Virus record (IMG/VR): IMGVR_UViG_3300043418_000120
Location: 64,001 to 128,000 of that record
DNA length: 64,000 nt
Origin: a virus
Direction: 5' to 3' (one strand)
The position numbers and the translations under genes were made by a program. Positions 48,046-58,490 of this stretch are shown here, in pieces; the stretch's first letter is position 1; each line of letters begins with the position of its first letter. Below the pieces are notes generated by a model. It saw only the letters and a program-made list of their open reading frames with translations, made no database searches and was not told where the DNA came from.

Positions 48046-48398
48046 TGAAGACTGTAAAAATTAAAGTCAAGGATCTCTTGGCTCACTTGAAGAAGAACCG
48101 TGCTAATCATAAAACACAGTACGAAGAACTGATGACAGATTATCGTACTGCTGTTATTGATGGGTTCAAAGCAAAGCTGAAGGCTGCGCAAAAGAACGAA
48201 GACGTTGACCACACAATTCGTGTTGTTCGCCCAGACGACTTTACATCATCATACGATCAAGCTATCGCGATGTTAGAGTGGACAACTGACACTGAAGTCG
48301 AACTTGATCAACATGAGTTCACACAATACGTCCAAGATAACTGGACATGGAAAGTTGGCTTCGCAGCTACTCAACGTGCCTACGGCAAAGGAATGTAA
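48045..48398 (+). CDS. Conserved phage hypothetical protein
   Basis: YDQAIAMLEW...EF.QYVQDNW.WK. Confidence 0.7.
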   Translation: MKTVKIKVKDLLAHLKKNRANHKTQYEELMTDYRTAVIDGFKAKLKAAQKNEDVDHTIRVVRPDDFTSSYDQAIAMLEWTTDTEVELDQHEFTQYVQDNWTWKVGFAATQRAYGKGM

Positions 48399-48400
48399 TC

Positions 48401-48580
48401 ATGCAATACGTCTTAATCCTCGTCCTCGCGATCGTCCTGATCATCTGCGGTCCATTGGCTACCATCTGGGCATTGAACACTTTGTTCCCAGTTTTGGCCA
48501 TCCCGTTCACGGTTGACACATGGCTGGCAGCTTTCTTGCTTGGTGGAGCCTTGACTGGCGCGACTTTCAGCAAGAAATAA
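48401..48580 (+). CDS. Small membrane protein
   Basis: GPLATIWALNTLFP..I....TW.A. Confidence 0.7.
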   Translation: MQYVLILVLAIVLIICGPLATIWALNTLFPVLAIPFTVDTWLAAFLLGGALTGATFSKK

Positions 48581-48585
48581 AACGC

Positions 48586-48614
48586 TTGACAAATAAACTC
48601 TTTTCAGGTATAAT
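48586..48614 (+). promoter_or_regulatory. Sigma70-type promoter
   Basis: TTGACA-17-TATAAT. Confidence 0.9.
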
Positions 48615-48636
48615 ATATACTTGAAAGGAGTCTACT

Positions 48637-49737
48637 ATGACTATGAACGCAGCTGAAAAGCGCCAGAAAATTATTGACCGCGCAAGCGGCAAGACTGATG
48701 AACCTATTATCAGTTCGGAAGCCAATTCACGTTATCAGGTACAACTGATGAGTGCGCTGAATTGGTATGCCAAAGAAGCCGATTCCAAACAGCGAAAGGC
48801 TTGGGCTCTCTCTTACTTCAAGAAACAGAAGAATCAAGAGTTGGTCGATCATCTATCAGAAATTGGTGACTGGGAATTCCATTCGTTGGGTGTCCTTTGT
48901 CGTCTCAAATCTCGTGGCTCGTTCTTGTCTGAACAGCATGAGAAGTACATTGACTCACGCGCAACAGAACTGTTGAAGATGCCATTGCCTAAGAAAGTTG
49001 TTGTGGCTGCAGCCCCTGTTCCGACAGGTCCATCCATTCAAGAACGCATCCTCGAAAAGTCTAAAGAGATTGCTGGTGACATCGATGGTCAGATTGATGA
49101 GTTTATTGCGACAGGTTGTCCAGCAAACTACAAGATGTCATTCAACGGTATGACTGCGCCGATCGCGAAGTATGTGTCCTCGTACATCAAGCCAACCCTG
49201 ACTGAAGTTCAGGAAGCCATTGATGGTGAAGACGAGCAGTTGGTTGAGGGCTACTCAAACTTTACAAAGCCACAGTTGAAGCGATTCGCTAACCTGTTGC
49301 AGTCGATTGTTGAGAAGTCTGAACAAGCCAAGAAGATTATCCGTAAGCCTACAGTTCGCAAGGCAAAGCCAGCTGGTGTTATCGTTGCTAAGATGAAGTT
49401 CAAAGCAGAAGATACCGAGCTTGGTTTGAAGTCAATCTCAGCCCCTTCGATTGTTGGTGCTGACGAGTTGTGGGTCTACAACACAAAGTATCGTAAGCTG
49501 ATGGTGTATCGTGCTGCCTCTGGTTTGTCTCTGACAGTCAAGGGTACTTCGATCCTGAACTACGATACAACTAATTCGGTCTCTAAGACCCTACGTAAAC
49601 CGAAGGAACAGTTGACTCCGATGCTTGCTATGACCAAGCGTCCGCTGTCTGCAGCTTTCAAAGCTGTGAAGTGTAAAGAGGCAACTCCCAATGGTCGCAT
49701 TAATGAAGAGTGCATTTTGTTTAAGGTATTCCAATGA
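48637..49737 (+). CDS. Conserved T4-like hypothetical protein
   Basis: ALNWY, QL.EGYS, LWVYNTKYRKL, KTLRKP, NGRINE. Confidence 0.8.
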   Translation: MTMNAAEKRQKIIDRASGKTDEPIISSEANSRYQVQLMSALNWYAKEADSKQRKAWALSYFKKQKNQELVDHLSEIGDWEFHSLGVLCRLKSRGSFLSEQHEKYIDSRATELLKMPLPKKVVVAAAPVPTGPSIQERILEKSKEIAGDIDGQIDEFIATGCPANYKMSFNGMTAPIAKYVSSYIKPTLTEVQEAIDGEDEQLVEGYSNFTKPQLKRFANLLQSIVEKSEQAKKIIRKPTVRKAKPAGVIVAKMKFKAEDTELGLKSISAPSIVGADELWVYNTKYRKLMVYRAASGLSLTVKGTSILNYDTTNSVSKTLRKPKEQLTPMLAMTKRPLSAAFKAVKCKEATPNGRINEECILFKVFQ

Positions 49738-50627
49738 TTTTACTTGATTACAGCCAAGTGGCACTCGCAGCTATCCTGACATTTCAACGCGACTTGAAGG
49801 GCGATGACCAAGAGAAGATTATCAACTTGATTCGACATGTAACCTTGTCGTCAATTAAAACATACAAGAAGAAGTACGGAAAAGAATATGGCCAAATTGT
49901 TATATGTTGTGATGGTCGCAAGTATTGGCGTCGGGACATTTTCGAGCATTACAAAGCCAACCGTAAGAAATCTCGAGACGCCAGCGATCTACCGTGGAAA
50001 CTGATCTTCGATACGTTGTCTGCCATGCGCGACGACATCGCTAAGAATTTTCCTTACCGTGTTATTCATCTGGAGAACGCAGAAGCTGATGACATCATTG
50101 CGGTGATGGCTAAGTGGACGCAGACTAACGATCTCGTTGAGCAAGGTTTGTTCACTGAGCCACAGAAGGTTATGATTCTTTCATCTGACCACGACTTTAT
50201 CCAACTGCAGAAGTGGGACAACGTCAACCAGTATTCTCCAAATACTAAGAAGTTGATCAAAGCCAACGCAAAGGAATTGCGTGAGAAACGCATCACTCAC
50301 ATTGTTAAGGCAAGTGATGATGGTATTCCAAACATTCTGAGCGCCGATGACGTGTTTGTCAAGGGCGAACGTCAGAAGACTGTGAGCGCCAAGCGTCTTG
50401 AGGAATTCCTTGAGAAAGGTATTGACGCATGCCGAAACGATGAAGAGATTCGTAACTGGCATCGTAACGAACGCTTGATTGATTTTGAATTCATCCCCAA
50501 AGAGATTCAAGATTCAATTGTGCAGACTTATCTAAATAATCCACCGACAGGTGATAAGATGACAGCCATGAAATATCTCATGGAACATCGTTGCCGTTTA
50601 CTACTCGAAGAAATTGAGGACTTTTAA
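49734..50627 (+). CDS. rnh: RNase H (T4-type 5'-3' exonuclease)
   Basis: YWRR..F..YKANR, EADDII, SSD.DF.QL, DGIPN. Confidence 0.93.
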   Translation: MILLDYSQVALAAILTFQRDLKGDDQEKIINLIRHVTLSSIKTYKKKYGKEYGQIVICCDGRKYWRRDIFEHYKANRKKSRDASDLPWKLIFDTLSAMRDDIAKNFPYRVIHLENAEADDIIAVMAKWTQTNDLVEQGLFTEPQKVMILSSDHDFIQLQKWDNVNQYSPNTKKLIKANAKELREKRITHIVKASDDGIPNILSADDVFVKGERQKTVSAKRLEEFLEKGIDACRNDEEIRNWHRNERLIDFEFIPKEIQDSIVQTYLNNPPTGDKMTAMKYLMEHRCRLLLEEIEDF

Positions 50628-51118
50628 TGAACCGTAATTTGAACTACATGCCAGAGATCCTAGACGCATTGACTAAGGATCCAAAGAAAGCAGCTGCATA
50701 CAAAGAGGACTTTGCTTTTAAGACCATCTTGAAGTGTGCTTTTGACAAAGACTATGCCTTTGCCTTGCCTGATGGAGCGCCACCATTTAAACCAGCTGAG
50801 CAGCCTTTGGGTATGACAACAGCTAACCTGCGTAGCGAAGCTCGTCGTTTCTACATCTTTACAAAGTTCAGTGATGTGCAGCAACGCCTTCGTCGTGAAC
50901 AATTGTTTGTTCAGATTCTTGAATCGATCCACCCTTCAGAAGCCAAAATCTTAATCGCTGTGAAGGATCAACAACTTGATGCTTTGTATCCAAAGATTAC
51001 GGCTGAATTCGTCAAGGCCAATTTCCCTGACGTATTGCCAGAAGGAACGGTGGTCGCCGAACCAGCAAAAAAAGCGCCAGTGAAGAAAGTAGCGAAGAGT
51101 GCAACAAAAGTGGATTGA
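50627..51118 (+). CDS. Conserved T4-like hypothetical protein (DUF6433-like)
   Basis: LP.G.PPFK...RRE.LF.Q.LE.IHP.EA. Confidence 0.75.
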   Translation: MNRNLNYMPEILDALTKDPKKAAAYKEDFAFKTILKCAFDKDYAFALPDGAPPFKPAEQPLGMTTANLRSEARRFYIFTKFSDVQQRLRREQLFVQILESIHPSEAKILIAVKDQQLDALYPKITAEFVKANFPDVLPEGTVVAEPAKKAPVKKVAKSATKVD

Positions 51119-51533
51119 TGCGTATTTGGACATGGCTGAGAGGTTCGCCCAACTCAGCTATGCCAAGCGACTCCAAGTCGGAGCAATTGTGGTCAAAGAA
51201 CATCGAGTTATCTCGATTGGGTATAACGGAACGCCCGAAGGCTGGGACAATGCCTGCGAATTCCAATACACTAACCCACAATCTAAAATCACTACTACGC
51301 ATACGAAAGACGAGGTGATTCATGCGGAAGCGAATGCGATTACGAAGCTCGCTCGCGATGGTCAGTCTGGTCGTGCTGCTGATTTATTCTGTACTCATGC
51401 TCCTTGCATTCAGTGTGCCAAGTTAATTCATGGCGCTGGAATTAAGAAGGTTTACTACAGGCACCAGTATCGCGATGACGCTGGTATAAAATTCCTTACA
51501 AAGGGCGGTGTAGAGGTCGTACAAAGTGCTTGA
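51099..51533 (+). CDS. cd: dCMP deaminase
   Basis: GYNG, HAEANA, PCIQC. Confidence 0.93.
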   Translation: MQQKWIDAYLDMAERFAQLSYAKRLQVGAIVVKEHRVISIGYNGTPEGWDNACEFQYTNPQSKITTTHTKDEVIHAEANAITKLARDGQSGRAADLFCTHAPCIQCAKLIHGAGIKKVYYRHQYRDDAGIKFLTKGGVEVVQSA

Positions 51534-51558
51534 CATTTAATCCAAATTAGGGTATAAT
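51530..51558 (+). promoter_or_regulatory. Sigma70-type promoter
   Basis: TTGACA-17-TATAAT. Confidence 0.9.
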
Positions 51559-51564
51559 TACATT

Positions 51565-52848
51565 ATGAAAACAGTGAACTCCATCCTTGAAGAAGTAGGC
51601 GCCAACGCCTCCCGCAACTTTAAAATCGAAAAGCTGACTGAACATGCGGGGAACGAAGTTCTTCGCAATGTTGTTTTTCTAGCCAACGATCCTTTCACAC
51701 AATTTTACATTCGTAAGATTCCCGAGTACACTCCCAACACTGGCGAAGGCATTTCGCTCAAGTTCGCACTCGATTCCCTCTTTGACCTTTCCTCTCGTCT
51801 TGTTACAGGCAACGCCGCTATCGCACATCTCAAAGGTATTCTTGAGGCTTTGACTTCAGAAGATGCCAAAGTGATTGAGAAGGTTATTCAGAAAGACCTG
51901 CGTGCTGGATTCACTTCTGGCACGGCAAATAAGATTTGGCCAGGACTTGTGCCTGAGTATCCTGTGATGCTGTGTTCGCCGTTCGAACAGAAGCTGGTTG
52001 ACAAAATTAAATTTCCAGCATACGCGCAGTTGAAAATGGATGGTATGCGTTTCAACGCTATCGTTCGTGAAGGTAAGTGCGAATTCCGCAGCCGTAACGG
52101 TAAAGAAATCCTGTTGCTTGGTAACTTGGAACAAGAGTTTATTAAGTTGGCTGGTGACAGCGACATGGTCTTTGATGGTGAGTTACTTGTCAAGATCGAC
52201 GGTAAGATCGCCGATCGTCAAACAGGTAACGGCATTTTGAACAAAGCAAACAAGGGCACTATCTCTGCTGCTGACGCTGCGAAGGTTTGCGCTACTGTTT
52301 GGGACTTGATTCCTTACGTTCAGTTTATCAGTGGCCACTGCCCAACGCCTTACCGTGCTCGCTATGCGACTCTGTTAATGATGCCAATGCCAGAGAAGAT
52401 CGCGTTGGTTGAAAGCACAGTTGTTGAAGACTTAGAATCTGCTCGTGCTATCTTCGAGAAGTATCTCGAAGCTGGTCAAGAAGGTATCATCCTGAAAGAC
52501 CCAACAGGAATCTGGGAAGACAAACGCTCCAAGGGTCAAATCAAGTTCAAAGGCGAACTCGAATGCGACCTGAAGATTGTAGGTATCGAAGAAGGTACAG
52601 GTAAGTATGCTGGTATGCTCGGCGCTTTGATTCTCGAATCGGACGATGGAGTTATTAAGGTTCGTGCTGGCTCTGGCTTCTCCGATGAACAGCGTAAGCA
52701 AGGTAAGGAAGTTATCGGCAAGATCGCTGCTATTAAGTACAACATGCGAAGTGTTGATAAACAAGGTAAACAAAGCCTGTTCTTGCCAATCGTACTCGAG
52801 ATCCGAGACGACAAGGACGAGGCTGATTCTAGCGAGAACATTAAATGA
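51565..52848 (+). CDS. gp30: ATP-dependent DNA ligase
   Basis: KMDGMR, FDGEL, EGIILK, K.K, GSGFSD, SLFLP. Confidence 0.96.
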   Translation: MKTVNSILEEVGANASRNFKIEKLTEHAGNEVLRNVVFLANDPFTQFYIRKIPEYTPNTGEGISLKFALDSLFDLSSRLVTGNAAIAHLKGILEALTSEDAKVIEKVIQKDLRAGFTSGTANKIWPGLVPEYPVMLCSPFEQKLVDKIKFPAYAQLKMDGMRFNAIVREGKCEFRSRNGKEILLLGNLEQEFIKLAGDSDMVFDGELLVKIDGKIADRQTGNGILNKANKGTISAADAAKVCATVWDLIPYVQFISGHCPTPYRARYATLLMMPMPEKIALVESTVVEDLESARAIFEKYLEAGQEGIILKDPTGIWEDKRSKGQIKFKGELECDLKIVGIEEGTGKYAGMLGALILESDDGVIKVRAGSGFSDEQRKQGKEVIGKIAAIKYNMRSVDKQGKQSLFLPIVLEIRDDKDEADSSENIK

Positions 52849-53198
52849 AAGTTGTAATCAACCGTTGTTTCGGTGGCTTTGGCCTTTCCCATGAGGCGAT
52901 TATGAAGTATGCTGCCCTTGCGCAGATTGACATGATTGCTGTTGAGAAAGACCCAACCAGCACGATGATGCCGTATGAGTATTACGTTGGTAAGGTTTCC
53001 GATGAGACCTACTGGAGCGAATATGAACTCTCACGTACTGACCCGAGTCTGATCAAAGTTGTTGAGCAAATGGGCGAAGCTGCTAATGGATGGGCTGCAG
53101 AGTTGACAGTTGTAGAAATTCCTGACGATATCCTGTGGCATTTGAGCGAATATGATGGTATCGAGCATATTGCCGAAGACCATCGAACTTGGAGATAA
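52845..53198 (+). CDS. Conserved phage hypothetical protein
   Basis: VVIN.CFGGFGLS...R.DP.L..VVE...EYDG.E. Confidence 0.75.
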   Translation: MKVVINRCFGGFGLSHEAIMKYAALAQIDMIAVEKDPTSTMMPYEYYVGKVSDETYWSEYELSRTDPSLIKVVEQMGEAANGWAAELTVVEIPDDILWHLSEYDGIEHIAEDHRTWR

Positions 53199-53199
53199 G

Positions 53200-53421
53200 A
53201 TGAACGAAAACGACGAAGTTGAATTTGAGAAACTGTATACCACTATCCGTGGTCAGTTTGATGAGCTTGCCTATAAAGAAGGCATCAATCCTATGCATAT
53301 CTTTGGTGTGTATCTAGGCATCATGGCTCAAGAGTTTAAAGAACACGCTTCTAAGGAAGACTTCGACAAATTCTTGACGCAAATGCTTGATGTTGAATGG
53401 ACAGAAAGAACGGTGATGTGA
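53200..53421 (+). CDS. Hypothetical protein
   Basis: GGAG RBS. Confidence 0.6.
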   Translation: MNENDEVEFEKLYTTIRGQFDELAYKEGINPMHIFGVYLGIMAQEFKEHASKEDFDKFLTQMLDVEWTERTVM

Positions 53422-53813
53422 TGGACGAGTTGCAAGAATACGATGAATTTGAGAAGCGCATGACTGAGAAGTATCCACAAATGTTCAGTGGATACTACGG
53501 TGGTTTTGCCTGCGGCAAAGGCTGGTGGCCAATCATTGAAGTGCTTTGTGCAAATATCCAGTCTCATATTGACTGGCGCAATAAGAAAGACCAAGTTGTA
53601 GAACAGGTTGTTGTTGCCCAAGTTAAAGAGAAGTTCGGTGGACTTCGTTTCTATTATGATGGTGGCGATGATCACGTTCATGGTATGGTTCGAATGGCAG
53701 AAGCATGGGCTGATCGCAGCTGCGAAACCTGTGGTAATATTGGTACTCGTCGTGGTGGCGGATGGATCCGCACCCTTTGTGACGAACACGCGAAGGATAT
53801 TCCAAGTGTCTAA
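53421..53813 (+). CDS. Conserved phage protein with zinc finger
   Basis: QVKEKFGGLRFY...CETCG...TLC..H. Confidence 0.75.
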   Translation: MDELQEYDEFEKRMTEKYPQMFSGYYGGFACGKGWWPIIEVLCANIQSHIDWRNKKDQVVEQVVVAQVKEKFGGLRFYYDGGDDHVHGMVRMAEAWADRSCETCGNIGTRRGGGWIRTLCDEHAKDIPSV

Positions 53814-54096
53814 AACAGTATGGGTTCTTGTTGAGACGGTATCTTCATTCCGTCATCGTTACATGGTGGAAGCGCCAGAAGGATGGCCAGAGTTCGCTCT
53901 GGATGATGTTGCTATGGAGACTGCTAAAGAGTTTTCCCAAAAGCACATCGGCGAACTCATCACATCGCATCGTGTTGTTACTGAGCAAGAAGCATTGGCT
54001 CTCTGCGATATTGACAATGATTATTTTATTGGAAGAACTGCTGAACAAAAGATTAAGGCGTTCTTCACAAAAGAAGGAGAGACAAGAGATGTCTAA
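53806..54096 (+). CDS. Hypothetical phage protein
   Basis: VETVS.FR.RY.VE...EFSQ.H.GE. Confidence 0.65.
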   Translation: MSKTVWVLVETVSSFRHRYMVEAPEGWPEFALDDVAMETAKEFSQKHIGELITSHRVVTEQEALALCDIDNDYFIGRTAEQKIKAFFTKEGETRDV

Positions 54097-54466
54097 AGTA
54101 TTCGATAATGTATCAACATTCCTGAAAGCCTGTGGTCAAGAGTACCCTGATGCTCCAACTGCTGAAGTCACTGACTTGGCAAACTTGTACAAGAAATTGA
54201 TCAAGGAAGAAACAGAGGAATTCTGGGAAGCTGTTGAAGCAAATGATGACAAAGAACAACTCGACGCATGCTTTGACATGATGTGGGTTATCGTTGGTTA
54301 CATGCATTCGCGTGGTTGGGATTGTTCGGCTGCATGGGACGAAGGCGCAAAGTCAAACTTGGCAAAGATTGACGCTACCACAGGCAAGGTTATCCGCCGC
54401 GAAGATGGCAAAATCATGAAACCAGAAGGTTGGCAGAAGCCTGACTTCAGCAAATTTATTGCTTGA
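54089..54466 (+). CDS. MazG-like/PRA-PH NTP pyrophosphohydrolase
   Basis: LIKEE..E, DA..D..WV..G, SN.AK, REDGK..KP.GW. Confidence 0.85.
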   Translation: MSKVFDNVSTFLKACGQEYPDAPTAEVTDLANLYKKLIKEETEEFWEAVEANDDKEQLDACFDMMWVIVGYMHSRGWDCSAAWDEGAKSNLAKIDATTGKVIRREDGKIMKPEGWQKPDFSKFIA

Positions 54467-54491
54467 CATTAATGCTGCTTCGAGGTATAAT
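54463..54491 (+). promoter_or_regulatory. Sigma70-type promoter
   Basis: TTGACA-17-TATAAT. Confidence 0.9.
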
Positions 54492-54497
54492 AGAGGT

Positions 54498-55010
54498 ATG
54501 ATAACACTTTACTTAGATATGGATGGAGTCCTCGCCGATTTCCATAAGGCTTACTATCGCGATCGAGTTCGCGACGGTTCATGGGATCGCGTGCGTTTCC
54601 GTGAAATGGTAATGCAAGGTAAGATTTTTGAAGACCTCGACAAGATGCCTCAAGCAGAATCGCTTCTGAATTTTGCGGTCGAACTTCAGCAAGACTTTGG
54701 TATTGACGTTGAGATTCTTACTTCGGTTGGAACCTTTGATGTCGACCAAGGCGCTGAAGCCAAGATCCAAAAACAGAAGTGGTTGATGAAGAACGGAATT
54801 GGTTGGAAAGCCAACTTCGTTCGCACCAAGCATGAGAAGGCTCAGTATGCCACGCCGAAAACTATTCTTGTTGATGATTCGATTGGTTGTATCACTCCCT
54901 TTACCACAGCTGGTGGTCATGGTATTCTTCATGATGACGAACGTCACGGCGATACCATCTTCACGTTACATCGCACTGTCCACGCAATTCGAGCATTCAA
55001 GTTACTATGA
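54498..55010 (+). CDS. HAD-family 5'(3')-deoxyribonucleotidase
   Basis: DMDGVLADF, ILTS, K..W, LVDD. Confidence 0.85.
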   Translation: MITLYLDMDGVLADFHKAYYRDRVRDGSWDRVRFREMVMQGKIFEDLDKMPQAESLLNFAVELQQDFGIDVEILTSVGTFDVDQGAEAKIQKQKWLMKNGIGWKANFVRTKHEKAQYATPKTILVDDSIGCITPFTTAGGHGILHDDERHGDTIFTLHRTVHAIRAFKLL

Positions 55011-55543
55011 ATATCTTTTATCTTCACGCTAACCCAAAAATTTGCGCTCAACAACACGTAGACAAACACTGCGTAAAAATGATTCTCGAGTATGCTCAAC
55101 TATTATCTACTGCACACCGTTTCCTTGATGGTACTGAGTCTATTGTTATGTCAGAGTCTGGACGAAAGAAAAAGACCTGGACTTTACCTGACTTTCGCGA
55201 TTCTGTACTTTACTCTGCTACTCACATCAATCACCCTAGTGCTATTTGGGCCAGACGAGGTCGCGAAAACTATATGCACCTCTACAACATGTTCATCGAG
55301 TTGTGCGCAGAATACACCCATCGATACCACAAGATCCATAAATGCGAGTCGATGAAAGATACGCTCGCTCTCGTGCCGAATAATATTGGTAAAGAGTTCT
55401 TCACACAACCAACACCAGCCATGCCTGACTACTGTAAGGTGCCTGGAGATTCTATCGCTTCTTACAGAAATTACTATATACAAGAGAAGTCTAGAATGGC
55501 TGTTTGGAAAACAAGACCCACACCTGATTGGTATATCACATGA
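55007..55543 (+). CDS. Pyrimidine-dimer DNA glycosylase (DenV-related) family protein
   Basis: MNIFYL...DKH.VKMI.E.AQLLSTAH, H.NHPS..W, EYTHRY.K.H. Confidence 0.75.
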   Translation: MNIFYLHANPKICAQQHVDKHCVKMILEYAQLLSTAHRFLDGTESIVMSESGRKKKTWTLPDFRDSVLYSATHINHPSAIWARRGRENYMHLYNMFIELCAEYTHRYHKIHKCESMKDTLALVPNNIGKEFFTQPTPAMPDYCKVPGDSIASYRNYYIQEKSRMAVWKTRPTPDWYIT

Positions 55544-56205
55544 TTATTGGACCATCATACATTAACAAGCATGATACAATGTACCCAAGTTCTGCCTACC
55601 TCTTTGATAGAAAAGAGATTGGAGACCTTGGGTCTTTTCACACTAATGCTATCTCAAACACGTACGGATATGTGTTTGATGGCGAGCTAACCTTACCGAA
55701 CAACAAGATTGTTTCGGCTGGTGAATACTTTTCTCTTTGGTCATTGTACGCAGAGCAAATTAGCTACACTGGCAAGGTCGCGATCTTTGATCGAATCGGT
55801 TTCAAAGGTCAGAACGTAATTGGTGGGCCACTAGAAGACAAAGGACGCTTGTCATACATTGATGGCTGTTCAGATTCATTGCTAATCTATCCTCCACGCA
55901 TGGGCGACCCTTCGCTCAACATGCTACATTTTCCACCAAACACTAAGCAATCATTCCACACTCACCCAAGCATTCGCTTTGGTATTGTTGTCAGTGGTTT
56001 TGGTTATGCTGCATTGATGGATGGTGAGGAAGAACAAAGCATTCGTCTCGAGCCAGGAATGTTATTCTGTATTGAAGAGCAAGAGAAGCATCGTTTCGTA
56101 ACAGACACAAAAGAGATGGTGGTGTTAGCGTATCACCCAGATGGCGATTGGGGTCCAACTGATCACAATCATACTATGCTAAACCGCACTTACCTGACTA
56201 AATAA
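55540..56205 (+). CDS. Cupin-domain protein
   Basis: YIDGCSDS, HTHPS.R.G, H.F.T, YHPD.DWGPTD. Confidence 0.75.
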   Translation: MIIGPSYINKHDTMYPSSAYLFDRKEIGDLGSFHTNAISNTYGYVFDGELTLPNNKIVSAGEYFSLWSLYAEQISYTGKVAIFDRIGFKGQNVIGGPLEDKGRLSYIDGCSDSLLIYPPRMGDPSLNMLHFPPNTKQSFHTHPSIRFGIVVSGFGYAALMDGEEEQSIRLEPGMLFCIEEQEKHRFVTDTKEMVVLAYHPDGDWGPTDHNHTMLNRTYLTK

Positions 56206-56209
56206 AAAT

Positions 56210-56437
56210 ATGCCTACCTATACTTTTAGAGACAAAAACACTGGTGAAACTTATGACAAGTTCATGAGTATGAGCGCACGTGAAGAATTCTTACTAGAGA
56301 ACCCCAACATAGAAACAGTGATCGGAGCAGTAGCAACGATTCGCGACACGCCAAAGTTGGATGGCGGTTTTAGGGAAGTCCTACAAAAGATTCATGAACG
56401 TACAGGTGGCAGCAACCTGAAAGACAGGATCCGATAA
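56210..56437 (+). CDS. FmdB-like small protein
   Basis: MPTYTF....TGE...GFREVL.KI. Confidence 0.65.
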   Translation: MPTYTFRDKNTGETYDKFMSMSAREEFLLENPNIETVIGAVATIRDTPKLDGGFREVLQKIHERTGGSNLKDRIR

Positions 56438-56456
56438 CAACTAAACTGGAGTACGC

Positions 56457-57218
56457 ATGGCAAGAAAAGCACCAACAACAGAAAGTGCCGTGAACGAGGG
56501 AAAATTAGAGAAGCGATTACATGTGAACAATTCGCTGAAAGTAAGAATAGACGATCTAAAGACGTTTGATCCATTAACCCAAAATCAAAAATTATTTTTT
56601 GATGCGTACAAAAGAGGAGACTACTTCGTAGCACTACATGGCGTAGCTGGTACTGGTAAAACTTTTTGTGCTTTGTATAAAGCCATTGAAGAAGTGCTCG
56701 ATAAGAGCAATCCCTTCAACAAAATTATTGTGGTAAGATCGGCGGTTCAATCCAGAGAGGTTGGCCACTTGCCAGGTGATGTGAATGAGAAGATGGAAAT
56801 CTATCAACAACCATATCGCCAAATCTGCGAAACCTTGTTTGGTCGTAAAGACGCTTGGGATCGCTTAGAAGAACAACATCATATCGAGTTCATTTCTACA
56901 TCGTTCATTCGTGGTATGTCATTTGATGACGCTATCATTATTGTCGATGAGATGCAGAACTTGACCTTTGAAGAAATCGATACCGTTATGACTCGTGTCG
57001 GATATCGATCTAAAATTATTTGGTGTGGCGACTATCGTCAAACCGATTTGAACAAGAAGAAGAACGACGTCACTGGAATTTTAAAATTCTTTGACATCGC
57101 TCAACACATGAGCGCATTCACTCGTATTGAATTTACGGTTGACGACATTGTTCGTTCATCCCTCGTGAAAGAGTATATTATGGCAAAGATAAGATACGAC
57201 GATTACGAAGGACGATAA
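56457..57218 (+). CDS. phoH: PhoH-like ATPase
   Basis: GVAGTGKT, G.LPG...EK, RGMSF, DEMQN, GD..Q.DL, DIVRS. Confidence 0.95.
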   Translation: MARKAPTTESAVNEGKLEKRLHVNNSLKVRIDDLKTFDPLTQNQKLFFDAYKRGDYFVALHGVAGTGKTFCALYKAIEEVLDKSNPFNKIIVVRSAVQSREVGHLPGDVNEKMEIYQQPYRQICETLFGRKDAWDRLEEQHHIEFISTSFIRGMSFDDAIIIVDEMQNLTFEEIDTVMTRVGYRSKIIWCGDYRQTDLNKKKNDVTGILKFFDIAQHMSAFTRIEFTVDDIVRSSLVKEYIMAKIRYDDYEGR

Positions 57219-57845
57219 ATGTCTATTACCCTAGAGCTACTACAAAACATTGCTCCACAAACAAAAGTATCGAAGCTAGAAGGTTTCGTTGAAGGACTAC
57301 AAGAAGCATGTGACAAATTTGAGATTAACACTCCAAGTCGTCTAGCATGTTTCCTTGCTCAAGTCGGTCACGAATCTGGCGGCTTTAATGCTGTTAAGGA
57401 AAACCTAAACTACAGCGCGGCTGGTCTTACTGGAACTTTCCATAAGTATTTCCCTACGCTTGAGTCTGCTCATGCTTATGAGCGTAACCCAGAAATGATC
57501 GCCAACCATGTCTATGCTAATCGCATGGGTAATGGTGATGAGCATTCTGGTGATGGATTCAAGTACCGTGGTCGTGGGTTGATTCAATTGACTGGTCATG
57601 ACAATTACCATGCCTTCGCTGAAGACTTGGGTCTTGAGATTGACGAAGCGATTGAATACCTTGAGACTTACGAAGGCGCTGCTATGTCCGCTGCTTGGTT
57701 CTGGTGGAAGAATAACCTGAACGATTGGGCAGATAAAGAAGACATGGTAACACTTACTAAGAAAATCAACGGTGGTACTATTGGTCTTGAAGACCGCATC
57801 CACCACTTCGCTTCTGCGAAACAAGCATTAGAAAACTTAGCATAA
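57219..57845 (+). CDS. GH19 endolysin
   Basis: FLAQ.GHES, ENLNYS, YRGRGLIQLTG..NY, INGG..GL.DR. Confidence 0.92.
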   Translation: MSITLELLQNIAPQTKVSKLEGFVEGLQEACDKFEINTPSRLACFLAQVGHESGGFNAVKENLNYSAAGLTGTFHKYFPTLESAHAYERNPEMIANHVYANRMGNGDEHSGDGFKYRGRGLIQLTGHDNYHAFAEDLGLEIDEAIEYLETYEGAAMSAAWFWWKNNLNDWADKEDMVTLTKKINGGTIGLEDRIHHFASAKQALENLA

Positions 57846-58490
57846 ATGTTCCAACATATACATCATGAACTCGTTAGTCTACCGCGAATTGATACACCAG
57901 AGGGAAGGTATTACCAGACACCAGACGGTAAAGCCTATCCCTCGGTAACAACTATCACTGGACAACTCGGCAAGGAAGCCATCATTGCGTGGCGTAAGAA
58001 GGTTGGTAATGAAGAAGCCAATCGTATTTCCTCAAGAGCTGCTGCTCGTGGAACTCGAATCCACAAACTATGCGAAGACGTTCTTAATAACAAGACCGTC
58101 GACGCTGGTTTCTTCGATGCTCCACTTTGGGTAGATATGCGTCCACTTCTCAACGACATTACAGAAGTACATGCTCTTGAGAAGCCCCTTTACTCGCATC
58201 ACCTAAGAACTGCTGGCACCGTAGATTGCGTTGCTAAGTATCGAGGGAAGATGTCCATTGTTGACTTTAAGACTTCGAAGCGTTTGAAGACTAGAGAAGA
58301 CATTAGCAACTACTTCATGCAATGCGCAGCTTATGCTGTTGCGTTTGAAGAAAGAACTGGCATTGCCGTATCTCAGTTAGTCATTCTCATGGGAGTTGAC
58401 GATGAAGCGCCGCTCGTGTTTATTGAGAAGCGTGATGACTGGATCGGTCAATTTTTACAACTCCGTGATTTATTTGAAAGAAACAAATGA
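57846..58490 (+). CDS. PD-(D/E)XK exonuclease
   Basis: YPSVTT, RGT.IH, AGTVDC, DFKTS, YFMQ..AY. Confidence 0.88.
   Translation: MFQHIHHELVSLPRIDTPEGRYYQTPDGKAYPSVTTITGQLGKEAIIAWRKKVGNEEANRISSRAAARGTRIHKLCEDVLNNKTVDAGFFDAPLWVDMRPLLNDITEVHALEKPLYSHHLRTAGTVDCVAKYRGKMSIVDFKTSKRLKTREDISNYFMQCAAYAVAFEERTGIAVSQLVILMGVDDEAPLVFIEKRDDWIGQFLQLRDLFERNK

Noticed and set aside
57846-58490. Cas4 as evidence of a CRISPR system
   Set aside because: Lacks the Fe-S cysteines; it is the common T4-like exonuclease found near phoH
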